A stretch of DNA of 64,000 nt from positions 13,578,001-13,642,000 of the forward strand of contig OX442314.1 in NCBI GenBank assembly GCA_949358305.1. The letters are read 5' to 3'. Below the pieces are notes generated by a model. The model saw only the letters and a list, made by a program, of their open reading frames with translations, did no database searches and was not told where the DNA came from. A program made the position numbers and the translations under genes. Positions within the stretch are counted from its first letter, which is position 1. Each line of letters opens with the position of its first letter. This DNA comes from Strigamia acuminata. Lineage: Eukaryota. This document shows, piece by piece, positions 13,401-29,000 of this stretch.

Positions 13401-16400
13401 TTCGGGCATAAGAAAAGAAGGACCGCTCTGTATACACCAAAAGATGTTTATCAGGTGCCTCGACGACCTCGAGGTAAATGTAAAGAAAGAAGAGAAGATG
13501 GAGGAGAGGGGGGTCATATTGACCCCTGTGGGCGGTAAATCAAATTATTTTTTTCAAATCTAAATAGAGGAGGTCAAGAAATGGGGTTAGGGGAAGGAAG
13601 GAAAAATGGAGGCTGAAAAAAAAATGCTAAAGCAAAAATTGGCCCATTATAAACGCTTCTTCAGCGCCACAATACAGAATATCAAGTTTTGGTGTTGTAA
13701 AAAGTCGACTTGAAACAATATGTCCATTAGTGAGGGAGGTGTTTGATCACGATTGTGACCTTTCCCGGAAGTTTACAACAGCGTGGGATATTTTAAAGGA
13801 CTCTCTGCTATTTATATTTCTCCTATATTTTATTTATTTATTGTAAAAAATTCTAAATTATTCAATTTTAAATTATTTTTTTCTTTTCTTCTGGAGGATA
13901 ATAGTAGCTGAATGAAATGTAAAGTAGTATTCTATTAAAATCCGAATCCGAATTCCAAGTTCAAGGTGGACATGCAATGGGGGCCATGCAATTAAGATCA
14001 AATCTAATGTTTTTATTATTGCTTATATACGAGGAATGCGTCCTTGGCATTTTCGGCCAACGCAAAAATTGTTCATTAAAACCAGTCAACCCAGCGAAAA
14101 ACCTGTTGCCTAGCGGGGAAGAAACAAGTCCCCCACCTCCTACCACACACATACACACTCAGAGTTGTCTCCTGACTCATAACTGGTGCAGTAACTGACC
14201 TGCTCAGGGCCACTGGGACAGTGGGACAGTGTGCAGCAAGGTCAGGGCTTAGAAAATCCCATTTACAAAGCTCGCATGTAAGTCAGAGGTCCCCAACAGC
14301 CATCCACACCATTTAATGAGGCCACTATACATCTCCGGGACCCACTTCAACTTACATAATAACTTAGGCACATAAATATAGATTTGTTGGTGTCCTTCTA
14401 CATTGATAAACACCAACAGGAGATGAGCAATTTGCAACTAAAGTATTCATTAGTGGAGCTGCAAGTGCAGAAAATTGCTTTTTATGGGTTACACATAGGG
14501 CCATGTGCACGTGATAAAATAGAGTCGGAACCACCTATTTCTTCGGACGGAGACAGGTGCCGAGAGCGGAAATCAGATGAAACTCGATTAGGGCTCGAGG
14601 GTTATCGACTTGGTTTGACCATCAAATGTGTTGGAGTGGAAGGAATTGCGCTGGAAATCGACTCGCAAACTGTCAACTCGGAGAAAAAGAAAAGTTACTA
14701 AAGACTCAAATTACCTACAATTTAGTCTGTGCACTTTAATATAAATACTCAGATAGAAGGGTGCGGGATGACGAGGCCTCTGGCCATGGCCTTGAATCTG
14801 CTTTAAGAGGACTGCATCATCAAATTAAAAAAACGGAGGAAAAAAATGGGAATAAAACATATTTTGAGATAATCCATAAGATAATTGCTGCCATATTATA
14901 TATTTTGATGGCCTTTTCTCTTTCTTATAAGGCTTTCATTCCGTCTTGTCACGCACCGGCTTGGTATACATTGCTTAAAGTTGAAAAATCGAAAGATTGG
15001 AAAGACGGTTTAGGAAAAGCCAAGCTGCGTTTTACGAGTAAAGAGGATGTTTTGATTGCCCGTGTAATTTCCCCTCTTGCAACTTGTTTACTTCCGTTGC
15101 GGCACAAAAAAAGGATTATTATTGCACAAAAGAAAAAGCGAAATAAGAAAGCAAAGAGAAACTAATTGGATTGTATAAATGCCATGAATAACATATGTAG
15201 AATTACATTTTTTTGCATTATATTTCTTGGTTTGTGTCAGTCCAAAAACTCCAAAAACCGATAAAAAGAAGACGGATGATAGCATCATCCAAAATCTGGA
15301 CTGGTTACTTTCTTCCTTATATGGATATAATGTCCAGTAGTTGCGAAAAAATCCAAAATGCAGTCTTCTTTTTTTTTTTTGTAAAAAAGAAATCCTGTTT
15401 TACGAGTTTTTGATTGCAACAAAAAGCATTGGTGGAGATGGCAATAGCCAAAGCAAAAAGTGAGAAGTCGGAGAAAAATGGAGAAAAATAAGAATGAGCA
15501 ATGTGTTAGGTTCCTTACACCTACTGGGGTGGTCTGAAGCATGGAATGTTGTCACGAAAGCTACAATGTATAAAGGACCACGTGTGAGTGTGTGTGCGAG
15601 TGTGTATGAGGGACCTCTGATGACAAATTCAAAGACCTGCTCTGCTCTTTGCCTCCACCTGCACTTTTAAAAGAAAACCAGAAAGAGGATTAAGATCCTT
15701 TGCTGTTGCATTGCATATCAGACAAGAAGGAAGTTTAAAACCTTATCGTTCCTCATCATCTTTTCCTTATTAAAAAAACGAAAAAAAGCATGGAAAATAA
15801 ATAATTTAAATATTTCAAGTGGTTCTTCAACTTAGCAAAAAAACAAATAACAACTAAATATTTGGGAAAATGTATCAAAACTTTTTTTAAAAAAATAAAA
15901 AAATAAAAAAAATTCTATTGTCGACCTTAGAAAATAGTTCCTTGCCAGAGGACACAAAAGTGCACGTAGCTACAATTGGCGCCCATTGGACAATTCTGCA
16001 GTGGCCGCGTCTTTGTGCCATTGCCCACACAGCAAAGCCGAACCACAAGTAAGAGGGGACGTAAATGAATAAAGAGTGCGAGCAGTTGCAAGCTCGTTCC
16101 GAGTGTGTGTGAACTAACTGCACGACTTGAAAGCCCTAGCTCAGCAGAGTGGAAAGAATAGCGCGATTGTGCTCTGCTAGGCCCGGAATAGGGAGAAAGA
16201 GAGCTGGTCCCTGTTCAAACTGAGAGCTTTTGGAGTCCTTGCTCCATTACCCATTGAGCCAAGAGTTGGCGATGAATGCGGACGTTGAGGACAGCATGAA
16301 CGCCGGGGATTTTCAACCACCATAGTGGGCGATCACCTTCCATTCAGGTGACATTTAAACCCCTTTGCCGACCTCCTCACAATTTTCTCTCCCTTCGATT

Positions 16401-19400
16401 GTCGAATACATTCGCCAAAAAGATGATAGAATCTGATAAGGCAACCCAATGTTTATTCAAGTGCAAAATAGACACGGGTTTGAGCCTTTTAGGACTTCTT
16501 TTGCTCCTCGCAACTGATGGGAGGCGCTGATAACAACATTTCGATTATGGAAATGGAGACGAAACCGTAATTTATGCCCATCGCATTAAAAGAGAAATAT
16601 TGGGGTTGATTTCGACCTCGCTTGTTTAATTAATCAATTAACGGGAAAAGTTAAGTTGAATGAAGACACACATGCGGTAAACGGTTCACATGTGAGGCCA
16701 TTGGAAAGCCAACTGATCGTAACAGGTTTAATTAACGATGACGGTCACACACAGCCAGATTCTTTTTGAAACACACAAAGTGAAACCCAACGCCTAAAAG
16801 GAATCGTTTATATCCCGTCAATCGTCTTCGATTCCTATCTGCTCACATCATATCCCCTAGTCGGTTAATTGACATTAACGCAGGGGGACTGGGAGGAGGG
16901 GGGGCAAGGAGCCACTCAATCAAACGGGCATTACCTATTCATAAGCACGTGATTGCGTGAGAACGGAAGGACCTCTTGACACCCCCGCGTGGCACTGCAA
17001 TTTTTAGTTAGCTCAGCACGTGCACGAGGTGGGAGCAGCGATTTGTGGGAGGTCGCTGGTATAAATGGCCGACCATCACATAATCTGTTGTTTTTTTAAT
17101 TGGACGTGCTACGTTCGAATATTGTTACAAAATTTTTATTTTTTTTTTATTTTTTTTTTATTTTTTATTTTTTTTTTTACTAATTAGAGGGCTTTGGTTC
17201 ATTAGTAGTTTTTTTGCTTCTCCCTCTTGTATGTCCTCTTGTGCGATGAGATAAAAATACTTGATCAACGTCCAAAAATGGTTGGGGCTTAGAATTAATT
17301 GAGTTTGGCCCTTGAGGCATTTCGCACGGACTTATCTTTAAACTAGACCTAATTTGAGGCCTTAACCTTTATTATAACAACCTTAGTTTAGAAGAAAAAG
17401 AAGAAAAAAAACTTTAAAAAAAGTTAAACGAAAACAACTAAAAGTTGTTTACACGAGGGCCCGTCTCATACATTTCAACTTTATGAATATGCAAATAGAC
17501 ACTCCTTTGCAAAATGTCATTTAAAGCTTCAAAAAAAAAATAGCAAAGTGGCGCACCCTTCGTACGTGACAACGAACAAGACAAGAAAAGTGAAGAGTTG
17601 AATAAACATCCTCTTTCGTATTCAAGACCTAAGGTCACTTTTCAATCATTTATCAACATGTATGCATTCGTTGCCTCGCTTGATCACCCTCTTCTCGTCT
17701 CACAATCTGATCGTTCATTAAGATTAAATTTAATGAAGGAAAATGCAATTCCCAAAAAGAAAACATCATAAAAACAATCGTTTGCAATTCACACAACAGA
17801 TCATTGCCTTTTTACTACATAACATTTCCATCAATCATTTTTTTTTCCTTTCCTTTTATATGTTTATTTTTCTCTCCTTCAATTCCCCTCTTAGATTCAC
17901 AAGGGCAAGCAACAACAGAAGCCGAACTGACCATTAGACCCAATGGTCACTCCAAAAGATTTTTTTTTCAATAAGAAGGGACCTGTTGAAACTTCTGCTC
18001 GATTGTGCAAGCAAAAAGAGCCAGGAGTTGGAGCTAGTTTCGGGGAAACCGTTGACAGCACCTAAAGGAATTAAAGTAAATTGAGGAATAGTCATTCAAT
18101 AGCACTTATAACACACACAATACGTGTCAACATTTTTCATTCTGACACTTTTGCTGACTGTATTAGACAACGGTTCGATTCACATGGCAGCTACTCACAA
18201 TAATCATGATAATGATGATGATACGTCTTTCTCACTATAATTCCCGTCCGGAGAAACCCTCGGAAAAAAGCGGGTCCCTCAGAAAAACAGGGCTTTCGAG
18301 TTTTGGTTTGACACCCACAACACTACTTTTTCACTCACCACGACCTATCAACTGAGACTAAACTTCAACCCATCTTCCCTCGAGTACCAATCACAATGGA
18401 CCTTAACCACATTCCTTCGTACTCCCCTTTGCTGGCTCCCTCTTTGTAGTTTGGAAGATGGCTGCATGAGGCTCCGAGGCAACATGGGGCGGACACTTCA
18501 TTTTCAGCCATATCCAGGGGGTACCATCTCTTGCTAAGAGGGAACTCTGGCATATATGTGCAAATAAATTGTGGAGACGAGCCCCTTCTGATTAGAGGGG
18601 TCACTAAAAGAAGGAAACTGGGTGGAGATTAAATTGTAGGGGTCCTTTTCCTGCATTATTCTTAAAAGAGGGGGTTTTAAAATTTATACAATGCTGTATA
18701 TATTTTTTTTTTGGATTTTTTGAGATAATTTTATTTATGGAAGTCAGAAGTAATTAGTTAATTCCATGTGGGAAATAAATTTTGGGTGCTTGATTAATCG
18801 CACTGTTTGTCTTAAAAGGGCAATCCATTTCCACGAACCCCTTGTTAACTAAACAAGGAAAACTTCCCCTCTTCGCCTAACTACTTTTAGGTCATTACAC
18901 ACCATTCCCACACACAAATCGTAGAAAAAGAGAAATTACACACAGCAAGACACTGCAAATTACATACAAGAACAATACTCTTTTCAAAGTGGGATATAAC
19001 CAGAAAATCGACGCCCACACTGGTATTGAAAATCCCAAATTTAGTACCAGAAAAACCACCTCCAACTGTTTTCACCCACCAACCAACCAACCAACAATTT
19101 TTTTTTACCTCCTTTCATGTCACCTTTTTGCCCCTATCTCAAATTCTCCACTTCTTTTAGCTTTTTTTTTCGCGTCCCCCTCATCCACCTTTCTCTCCCC
19201 TTAAGGGCACCACCATGCGAAAAAGGAACCACTTCTTTTCTCTGCCTAGCAGTCCACTCAAAGGTGAAACCAAACCCATGCCAAGAAAAGCAACCCGTTT
19301 TCCCCCTTTAATACCGACGAGAGCGGGAAAAAAACGTAAGATAAATTGCCATTACTTTTGCGAGATGAGCGCGCAAAGCACCAATGAACGATCGACTCGC

Positions 19401-22400
19401 AGTTAAATCATCCACCCACCAACCATGGCGAACCGGTCAGGGATCATCATGCAATGTGTGCAGGTCACGGTCTGCTGTCGTGTCCCATGGATGTATTTTA
19501 ATGCAACATGTGCTCTCAACGATGGCGTTTCCGAGACGGCGTGTCAGCACGTATTTGTGCACGGATTTCTCTCGCAAGGAATTTTCTTATCCAGAAATTA
19601 ACGTGCTGAAAAATCTTGACAGCTCCCATGTGTATAAATATATCTTGTTGATATGCAGGACTCCTTCGAGGAGTCAACCACCTTGCAACTTGCAAATTAT
19701 GACCACCATCGCCAGACCAGATTTATAGGTACTGATTAGACGACACTAACATCACCACCTTTTCTCCCCCTCTAGTACTTGCAAGCATAATTAAAATATT
19801 TAAAAAGTGCTACCAGACTTTGATTAGAAAAGCGTTTTTCTTTCCGATGCAATTTATTTAGAAATATTTTTAGTTTTAAGACGCCAAGGCTCGCGATTTA
19901 TTGCACTAGCGAGCGGCTCTCCGGAGGAATTTTTCGCGGGGTGAGAGATGAGGGAGAGAAGGCATAGCAAACCCCTCCCTTCTTTTTATGTTACCCCCTT
20001 GGTTTTCAATTCCCCAGCTGGTTATGAGTTAGCTCGAACTGGGACTTCCAGTGAATCAGCTGATACAAGTCCACCCTCCGCCATTTTTCTTTTGACAGAT
20101 TCATTTACATTCTCCTTGGACCGTGAGCAATGCATAAAAAGACCTGCCATGGTCGACGAGATTCCCATTTGCTGCACGCACATTAAATGCTACTGTTGTT
20201 GTCGGGCAGTGCTCATTTGCATGAACATTTTGCTTAATTGCACTTTGGTATGCATTTTTTTTTTTTTTTTTTTTAAATTTTTTTTTATATAAATATATGC
20301 ACTTGCAACAATGTGGTTTCGAGTCACACCTTTATGGGACAATCAAGTGTAAAGTAACAACCGTGTGCAATTAAAATTCGAAATCTCTAACAGCTTTATT
20401 ACTTTCACCATTATCGTATATTATAAACTTGTCAGGCAAATGCGCCAAGGTTAAAGGTACAAAGGTCAGGTTGGACGCTTGAGAGATTTTTTTCTTTCTC
20501 GTGCTGGTTCTGCTTTTATCTCCCACCCACGTTTTATAAAGCGCTTGGAGAATTTTAAGAAACACGTACGGTATAAGGTAAGCTTTAGTTTAAAACTATA
20601 TTAGATCAAAAGTGGACTGTAGTGTAATTAAAGTTGAGCATTTAACTATTTGTCACGCTGTAAACACATGGAATTAACGCTTTTCTTCACCCGTCTTGTT
20701 TATTGACATTAATGTGTAATTCTTCTTCCTGCTCCACCCTGCTGTAAAAGACTTTTTTTTTCTATAATGACACTTAAAATTGTACTTTTTATTACACTTT
20801 CTTTCTACAAACAGCTTTAACGTTGAATAGGATTACAGGTTATATGCCTTTACAGTACCCGGAATAAAGTTAAAGGCGAATTGCTAAATTTAAAGTCGTT
20901 AAAGCCAAAGAATTTCCACAAATAAAGTAGAAAGACAATAAATTTAATAATTTAAAAAGAAGAAGAATTCAGTTATCACGTTGATATCTCAATTACCCAT
21001 TCATACCAAACTTATATTCCACACAAGACTCGTAGTTGTCTCGTCTTCGTGCTATAGTTATTCATTGTATCACGAGCTCTATGAACCAATCCCTGTTTAT
21101 CTGTCTGGACTCCTCCCACTCCTTGCGGCATAAAAGCAGGGCGCCTTTGCTCATTTCTGTCCTTCAGTCAGTGGGTCAGTGCGTCTCTCCAGCCACCGAG
21201 TTCACTCAAGCGTCTGAATTAATACATACCTGAGAGAATACGGGTCAATGTTATAACTTAGGTTCAGGTAACATTCAACTTAGTTCGCTGGGCCTATCAC
21301 AGAGAGCGCTAACTGCTGCAGCGGCCATCAAAATGCGAAATTAAAAAAGAACAACAACCTCCCAGATGATTAAATCCAGCAGAACCTAAATAAGGGACCT
21401 ATTCGTCCACACACTGCCAATTTATAGCAATCAGTGATTACAGGGGAATGAATGGGCAAAAGAAATGAGTTAACTGCTTACATGTGACCTCATTGAACCA
21501 GCAATTGGTTCCACTAAAAAAATTGGCTTGGACAATAGGAACCACACCTTTAGAATGGGAATAATTTGCTGAAGCCTTTTCTTTATGTTAGACGACTGGC
21601 AGACGTAAAAGAGCAAAGCCCAAAGCCCCAAGGACAAGCGTCCATAACAAAGAAGGCCATTTAGCGGACGAAATTAGTCGAACGTATCTCTAATGTAAAT
21701 GCAGCTGGATTCTTTCCACGTCTCATCTCCAATGAAACTATCGTATCGTATGCATTTTCATAACAGCTGCAAACTTGTGTATAATAGATGAAAAATAAAG
21801 CAATAGGTGTAGTGACCTTAAGTTAGATATAAAAAGAAATAATAACGGGACAGAGAATCAACAAACTCACGCATCATTTCTCCACTTGGAAGTTTAAAAA
21901 GGAAAAGCATCTTCCTTTGTATTTTTCAGACCTAATTTCCTCTGCATTCAATCTGAAGACAAATATAAACGGTTAAAAGAGCGGGGGGAGGGTGGGGGGA
22001 TCTCGATTGCGTGCAAATTTTTCTTTACGGTATAGACACAGACATGCACCTGTGATTCTTTCTCATCCTTTACTTTTATTCTGCTCTATCAAACAGAGAG
22101 ATGATGAAAGCGTCAGAGGGGCTGCTGGAGGACCCCAAGACCGAGCTATTGTTGCTCAGTGGTCGAGTGTAGCAGGTGCACGGCTGGCTAGTCAAGAGAG
22201 ACCCCTCCACCCTTCACGCCCCCCTTCTAGTGCCCTCCGCAATCACGAGGGACGCCAAGTGCAGTCTCTCGCATCACTCGACCCCCATGCAATGACTCAA
22301 CGCACAGTGTAATTATCCTTTGAATACACTTCAGTTTAAAAAGTTTCAATTAAAAAAAAATACGGAAAAACAGCAACGTTTCTTTTCCTTGTTTTTTTTT

Positions 22401-25400
22401 TGGTATACCACAGACATTTAAAAAAAATTAAAAAAAAAACGTTGAAAAAAGTTTTTATTGCAATTTTTATAGTTTTTTACATTCTTAATAAATTTTATAA
22501 AAGGTTAAATTGGGGTATTTGTTAATTTTTCTTATCTTAACGCAGCTGGATAGAGTCAAGATGCTTTTGACTACCACCAACACAGTCATTAGAATTTAAA
22601 ATATTAAAAAAAAAAAAAAAATCTTTGCTTTTTACCAGATGACCTCAAAGTTGCGTTCAAGTCCATTAAAGAGACGCGATGAAAAGAATACAGAAATGGA
22701 AGATAAAATTAATATATAAATAGATGCAGTGTTTTTTCTTCTTTTGTTTTGCACGTATCAAAACATTTTGAAAGAAAAAAGAAAATAGTAATTGCACGAA
22801 TGGATGAAGAAACTTGTCCAATTTGATAATCTTATTACAGCTAACTCTTTATGGACATCAAGAGTTCTGCCCAGGGGCCTCCTATATTTAAAAAAAAATT
22901 TTTACTAACGTTTTAGGGCGTGGTTTAAAAATCATGCAGATAAGAACACCCTGTTTTACTTTGCTAGCATGAATAAAAGTGTAAAAATAAATTCCTTTGC
23001 GACTAATAAATATTGTTGCAAAATACCGGCTATAATTAAAGAGTGGGAGCAATAGATACCGTTTATAGTTCATTTTCACGAATTAAAAGAAAAAAAAAAG
23101 AAAAAAGTTGAGTGCCGCGGCTAAAAGCAATGAAAAAAGTAACTGAAAGTTATTCCCCTTGAACTTAGAAGTAAACTAGCACGAAACATTTTAATTGCTT
23201 GCGGATACACACGATTCACGTTTAATTGCACTTCACTTGAAAAGTTGATGGAAAAGAAAAACTCATTAAATGTAAAAATTGCATTAAAAAAAAATTAACT
23301 ACTTGAATATTATTATTCCAGTAGCTAAGTTTATTTCAGTTCAAATTCAAAACCAACAACAAATTAAAGAGATTTCAAATCGGACATCGACTCAAAAAAA
23401 AAGCTTTCAGTCACAGTGGCTGAAATGATGGATTAATTTTTTAAAAAATAACACCGTAGGTGGATCAAGGTAAAGCAAAGTGCAATGCCTTCGTCGCCAA
23501 GAGACACTGTGAATAACGAACATCGATAATCTTTGACAGCATCTGATTTTATTTAAAGGAATTTCTATTGTGCGAAGGACACCCGCCTACACTCCAAAGG
23601 AATATTGTTGCTCTATGCCTGACTAAAGGCGTTGGTGGTGGTTTTGTAGCTTTGCCATCTGTCACCTGTTATCCAGAAATGGTCTTGAAATAACTAACAG
23701 GTGAAAGAACCCCCCCACCGCCCTCCTTCTTTGCCAGCTTCTATAAATCGACTTGTTTTTGTGCATCGAGTGTTGCAAGAAGATGAAGAGGTGGAGAAGG
23801 GGAAGGGGAAGAGAGATTTGGGTCTGAGATTTGTCGAGAGGCCAAGAGATAAAACTAAAGGGAGTGAAGATGACTTAGGACATTTAAAAAAAAAAGAAGT
23901 AATAACAACGTTTATTATTTTTGTAAGTAAAAATAAAGCAGACTTTTATGGATTTTAATATTTAATGTTAACTTGATATAGAAAGGAAATTGAGACACCT
24001 GGCATATAAAACTGGAATTGTAATTCTGTACACTAATAATAAAAAAAAAATGTTGATGGATAAAAAAATAAACTGCAAAGTATATTAAGGAACAAAAGAA
24101 CTTTCAAACTATAAACTTCACTTGAAGCACATTTCCGCTGTAAACAGACTTTATAGGAGCGAGCAATAACAAAAACAACAATTTCATTTATATTCTTCGG
24201 TGTAATGCAATCGCATTCTGTATGGATCACGTTTTAGAATTGAGCAAAGAAAATCTTTTCCGCTTGGTCAATTATGCATAGTAAGCATAGACGAATAAAA
24301 TTAAACAACTTCTCAAAACATTCCCATGATTATGAGGTTTCCCCATTCAATATTGTAGTAAGAGTACGCATGACGAAGAAAACAAATGACCCAGTCTGTC
24401 CTTTTTAAAGATGGCGTAACTTGTGTACCTGCCGTGAAGTCGTTAAAAAAAAGGTAAAAGGGGAGAGATAGAGGTTTGGGACGTTAGATACCCCGGGAAT
24501 AGGTGTAATTATGTGCCCAGAACTGTTGAGAAACTGCCAAAGGCAACCAGGTGAACGCAAATGCGTAGTAGTGTGGGTTGTAAATTGTGAGTGGACTGCT
24601 GTGGACTCCTAGGGGGTTTTCCTGGGAAAAATCATGAGTTGGAGAAAATTAGGTTTTTTTTTTTAAAATTAAATTTAAAAAAAGAAAAAACTTCGTTGTT
24701 TTTCCTTTTTAAAATTAAATTTTTTTTGTTTCAAACAAGAAGATTAAAATTAAATGTAAATAATTACCAAATACATCAGCACCTCATCACAAACTTCAAT
24801 TTAACGCACTAAAACGAGTTTTATTGCTCTTAATTACATCTTTAAAAAGATTAAACAATTTTTTTCGTGTAAAAAAAAATTAGCTTTAATTTTTATATTT
24901 TTTAAAAACGTTTGAAAAAAGTGACCTTTAATAAAAATAAACGGTCGAGATTATCTTAATTAAAAAAATTTAAAAAAAAAAGGAACCAGTAGTAAACAAG
25001 GAAGAAGTCATTTGTGGGTTCTCAATCGAAAATTAGCACGGAAATAGCCCTATCACTGTGTGCTACCAAGCTTAAAGGGAAAGACCCTTCCCAATTCATT
25101 TAACTACTGGCCAAAGAGCATCTGTTTTTTTTTTTATGTTGCCTTTTACTACTTTTTTTTCCATACTTTAATTGGATTCATGCGAGAGGAATCAGGTGTA
25201 TACAACTGCAATTTCTTTCACAGGAACAAGCTATAATACGATGAATTAAATTTTTTCCTTGTCTTTTGATATTAGTTTCTCCCAAATGTGCAATAATAAT
25301 TCGAGTACAATTTTCTTGGACTGTTATTAGGAAGCCTTCAATCTCTCACATCGCACTATTAGACTTCAACAGATGTCAAAGCTTGAAACTGTAATTGATA

Positions 25401-25840
25401 TTTTGATGGATATGTTGTTAATATGCGATTTATCATTTATTATAAGCCTGGCTAATTTTTAACACTTATTTCTTAATGGTTTCTCATGTGTGGGTGTAAA
25501 ATAAAAATAAATTTGAAGGATAAAGTTTGAATAAGGTGGTGTGATATGATGTGATACGCTTTCCAAATCAAACCAGAATAAATAAATGAATAAGTACTTC
25601 TAAAAATTAAAAAATAAGATATCGGTTGTCAATATAGCGTAAATTATCAGTAAATACGTATATTTTTTGATAAATGGTATTTTATCTGATTATTTTATAT
25701 TGATAAATACAATAAACATTCGCATAGGTGTGGATATTTTTTTTAGTTGAATTAAAAATGGAAATACGTATACAGCAAATTAAAAATATAAAAAAAAACT
25801 TGTTTGACTCGTAGCTGGATGTGATAGAATTTACATGAAA

Positions 25841-26008
25841 TTCCCACACGAGGGAGCCAAAAGGCAGGTGCAAAATGCTGCATTTCTTTACATAAGATGA
25901 ACAGGTGGTTAACGATGCATACTTTGCGTGTGATGTCAGACTCATAATGCAAAGTCCAACTAACAACAACATTCGCCGAAGCAAAACGGAAACAACGGCG
26001 TGGGAAAG
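25841..26008. promoter_or_regulatory. Candidate Su(H) + E-box/N-box enhancer module
   Basis: TTCCCACA at 25841 and CGTGGGAA at 25999 (two CSL sites), CACGAG at 25847, GCAGGTG at 25864 and ACAGGTG at 25901. Motif evidence only. Confidence 0.4.
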
Positions 26009-29000
26009 AAAACACTTAACGAGAAATTGAGAATTAAAATTTCAAATGTATAAAAAAAAATTCGAAAAAAAATTCAATTTTTTTTTAAAAATTTTTTATC
26101 TGTGTGCTGATTCCACATCAGAAAGATAACAGAAAAAAGTTGTAAGTTTTATCAACCTGTGATGAATTCACAATATTGCTTGAAACTTCTTTCTCAGAAT
26201 TCAATTTGAATGTCCTTGAAGATAAGTATTCTACTTAATCCTTACGACAATAAACTTAGGATTAGAGTCAACTTTTCCCAACTGAAAGTCTCTTTGAACA
26301 GACATCTCAAAGGTTAAACTCGAGAACCAAAGATTAAGATTTTTATCAGTTTCAATTACACACTTCAAATGCAGATTCTGGACTGCAGCCAGAGCCAGGT
26401 CAGCGGAGTTTTTATTATTTTTATTAATATTTTATTATTATTCAAAATCACACGGATGTCATACTTGCACAGTACAATCAAAACCATCATCGCTTAAGAA
26501 ATCAACAAGAAAATCACTTCAGCCGGTAAATAGGATCAAATCTGATCCTTAAGGGCTTCTGACCAATCCAAATGTGCAATATCCGGCTTGGAATCTCCCT
26601 ACTGACCAGCTGTTATCATTGAGAAAAGGGGAAAAAAATGCGAAGAAAATTTCTATACAAACCGGATATTAACCATCATTAGAATTTTTATCTAATACGT
26701 CCAACGTATCTTTACTTTTTATTTATATAAGGACAACCATGTCACGTAATTATCAATATGAAAACAGTTTTTTTTCAAACTCTTGCAGCTAGTAAACACT
26801 TGAAACAGTATCAAAGAAACCGAGAAAAAAAATGCTTGTTTTTAACCATGAGCTCATCGCCATACAAAATGCCTCGAAATGTTCTGTTTAAAATGCAAAA
26901 CTCTCCATTCTTGAATCATTCAACTCCGACCCTTTCTCATCTTTAACCCTTTCAACAGATGTCATCTCTCGCTCGAAGATTCTTTTACAGAACCAAAGGT
27001 CATAAAAAATAGTTACAAAATCTCTCTTGATATTTCCAAAGCATGTCTCAATTGGCATACGCTCTTAAAGAGAGGATGTTTAACCGTTTTTAAAGGCAGA
27101 GACGCGTTGCAAACAGGAGGTTGCAATGTGGGTCAAAACCACCTGTTCATTCACCTGGCCTCTAAACAACACATCTTTTCGCTTTTCATGACCCCGATGA
27201 CGTATCTTTGTTGGGTCCATTAGGTCACTAGCCTGTTAAGATGGCCCAGAATTAAAAAAAAATAAATAATAAATAAAAGTCGTTAGTCACAAACATCATT
27301 AAAAATTTCCTGATGCAATAAGATGGCGTTATGTCTTCTATTGAAAAATCCACTTGTCCCCATTTCTGGAAATTAGTTGATGATCATTTTTGTAATTTAG
27401 ATAATATTTTTTTGTTTTTCTAAAAAAATTTTATCACAGAGGCCGCTTTTTGATATGATAGCATTTTTTTTTTTTAGTAAACAAAGTCTCAATTGTAATC
27501 TGAATCCTATTCCGATTATAGTTGCACATTGAGGGAATTTTATTTTCTGCTTCTAGAACACAATGTAGTAACATTTTAACAGGTTACACCGGTAATTCAC
27601 ACTATTTGTACAATCTACTACTTGTTTGATGTCACGTACCGAATGCATACATTATTTAAACCTAAATTAAAAACGACACGATTTGTTTCCTAGTTTTGTT
27701 GAAGATCGTCATCGATTTCCGTACATATTAATCGCTTAATTAACTAAAATAATTCGGGAAAAATATTTATCTAAAAAATATTAGACACAGTCTAAACTTG
27801 GCCATCTTTTAATTTAAATGAAGAGATTTTTTTTCGTCGATTGAGGCCCATTCATAGTGCTGGTAAATGGGTCAAAACTCAAAAGAATCCTCACAGCGAG
27901 GTTCAGCAACCTTATGCTCCATAAGAAGTTAGCAACAGGAAGATGCTACAATTCTGGGTGACCTACACACAACTCTTACACAGCCATCTTACATGTTACA
28001 TCCTTCCCCTTTAAACGTTTTTGCGCTTATTTTTCTAACGTGATTGGAAAACTAATCTTAATATTATATACAAATCGAACGTGACGATTAATTATGTTAA
28101 AACAAAAAACAAAATACAATGAATCAACTTATTTTACAGAAATATAGAAAAATATAAAACATTATTTTACGTAGTCATCTCGTGAGATAAAGTTGAAGGA
28201 CAAAATGACAAGTGATAAATGTGTGAAAAAAAATCTCAACTGACTAATACACGGATAGGCGACGAGGTGGCACTAGACAAATAACAATAAAGTGCTTATG
28301 GGAAGAGAACAAAAAGTTATCTTTGTGTGGAATTTTCCGTTACTATTTTCACAAGAGGTGTCATGAATAAACAATGAAAAACATCAATATAAAAAATAAA
28401 TAAACAGACAAACACTGCAATTTGCGAAAAAGTGTCGATGCAACAACCAACCAATGACAGGAAAGCAGGAAACGTGGATAAGAATAAGTGTACGAGTGGT
28501 TATGAGTTGAGTTATTATTAGTGTAGACGTGGTAATGACTTGAGACAAGAGCTTGAGTCGGGTGTCTTTTAAGCTACACCCTTTCATTTCATGCCACTCG
28601 TTTAATAACACACTTTGAGCCGACATAATTCATCTGTACATTTAATGAATGATACATCAGCAGCCTCTAGCGTAATGAATTGCTATTTTTACCTTAAGAG
28701 GCCAACTGAATTAAGTCAGTGGATGTAGTGATAAATATTTGTAATTAACAACTTTAGGAAGAGAATTTTTGTTGCACTTAAAAATCATTTTGCATCTTGC
28801 CTCTAGATGCTATCCATCACCATTAAAGAAATAACCTCAATACGATTAATGTTGTATAATAGATCACTGATAAATTAAGTTTAATAAATATGAGTGGGGG
28901 AATTGTGTAGCAAGTATATAAATATTTTTTAAATATCACAAGGGGTGAGATAAATAGAAAAAGCAATAGAAAAAAATAACTTTCTTATCTCTGTAATGTA

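Noticed and set aside
14195..14245. Nested short inverted repeats CTGACCTGCT...AGCAAGGTCAG
   Set aside because: The stem is too short and interrupted for a pre-miRNA and is explainable as two opposed AGGTCA half-sites or chance.
18165..18190. GGTTCGATTC resembling a tRNA T-loop/B box
   Set aside because: No T-stem, acceptor stem or A box can be built around it.
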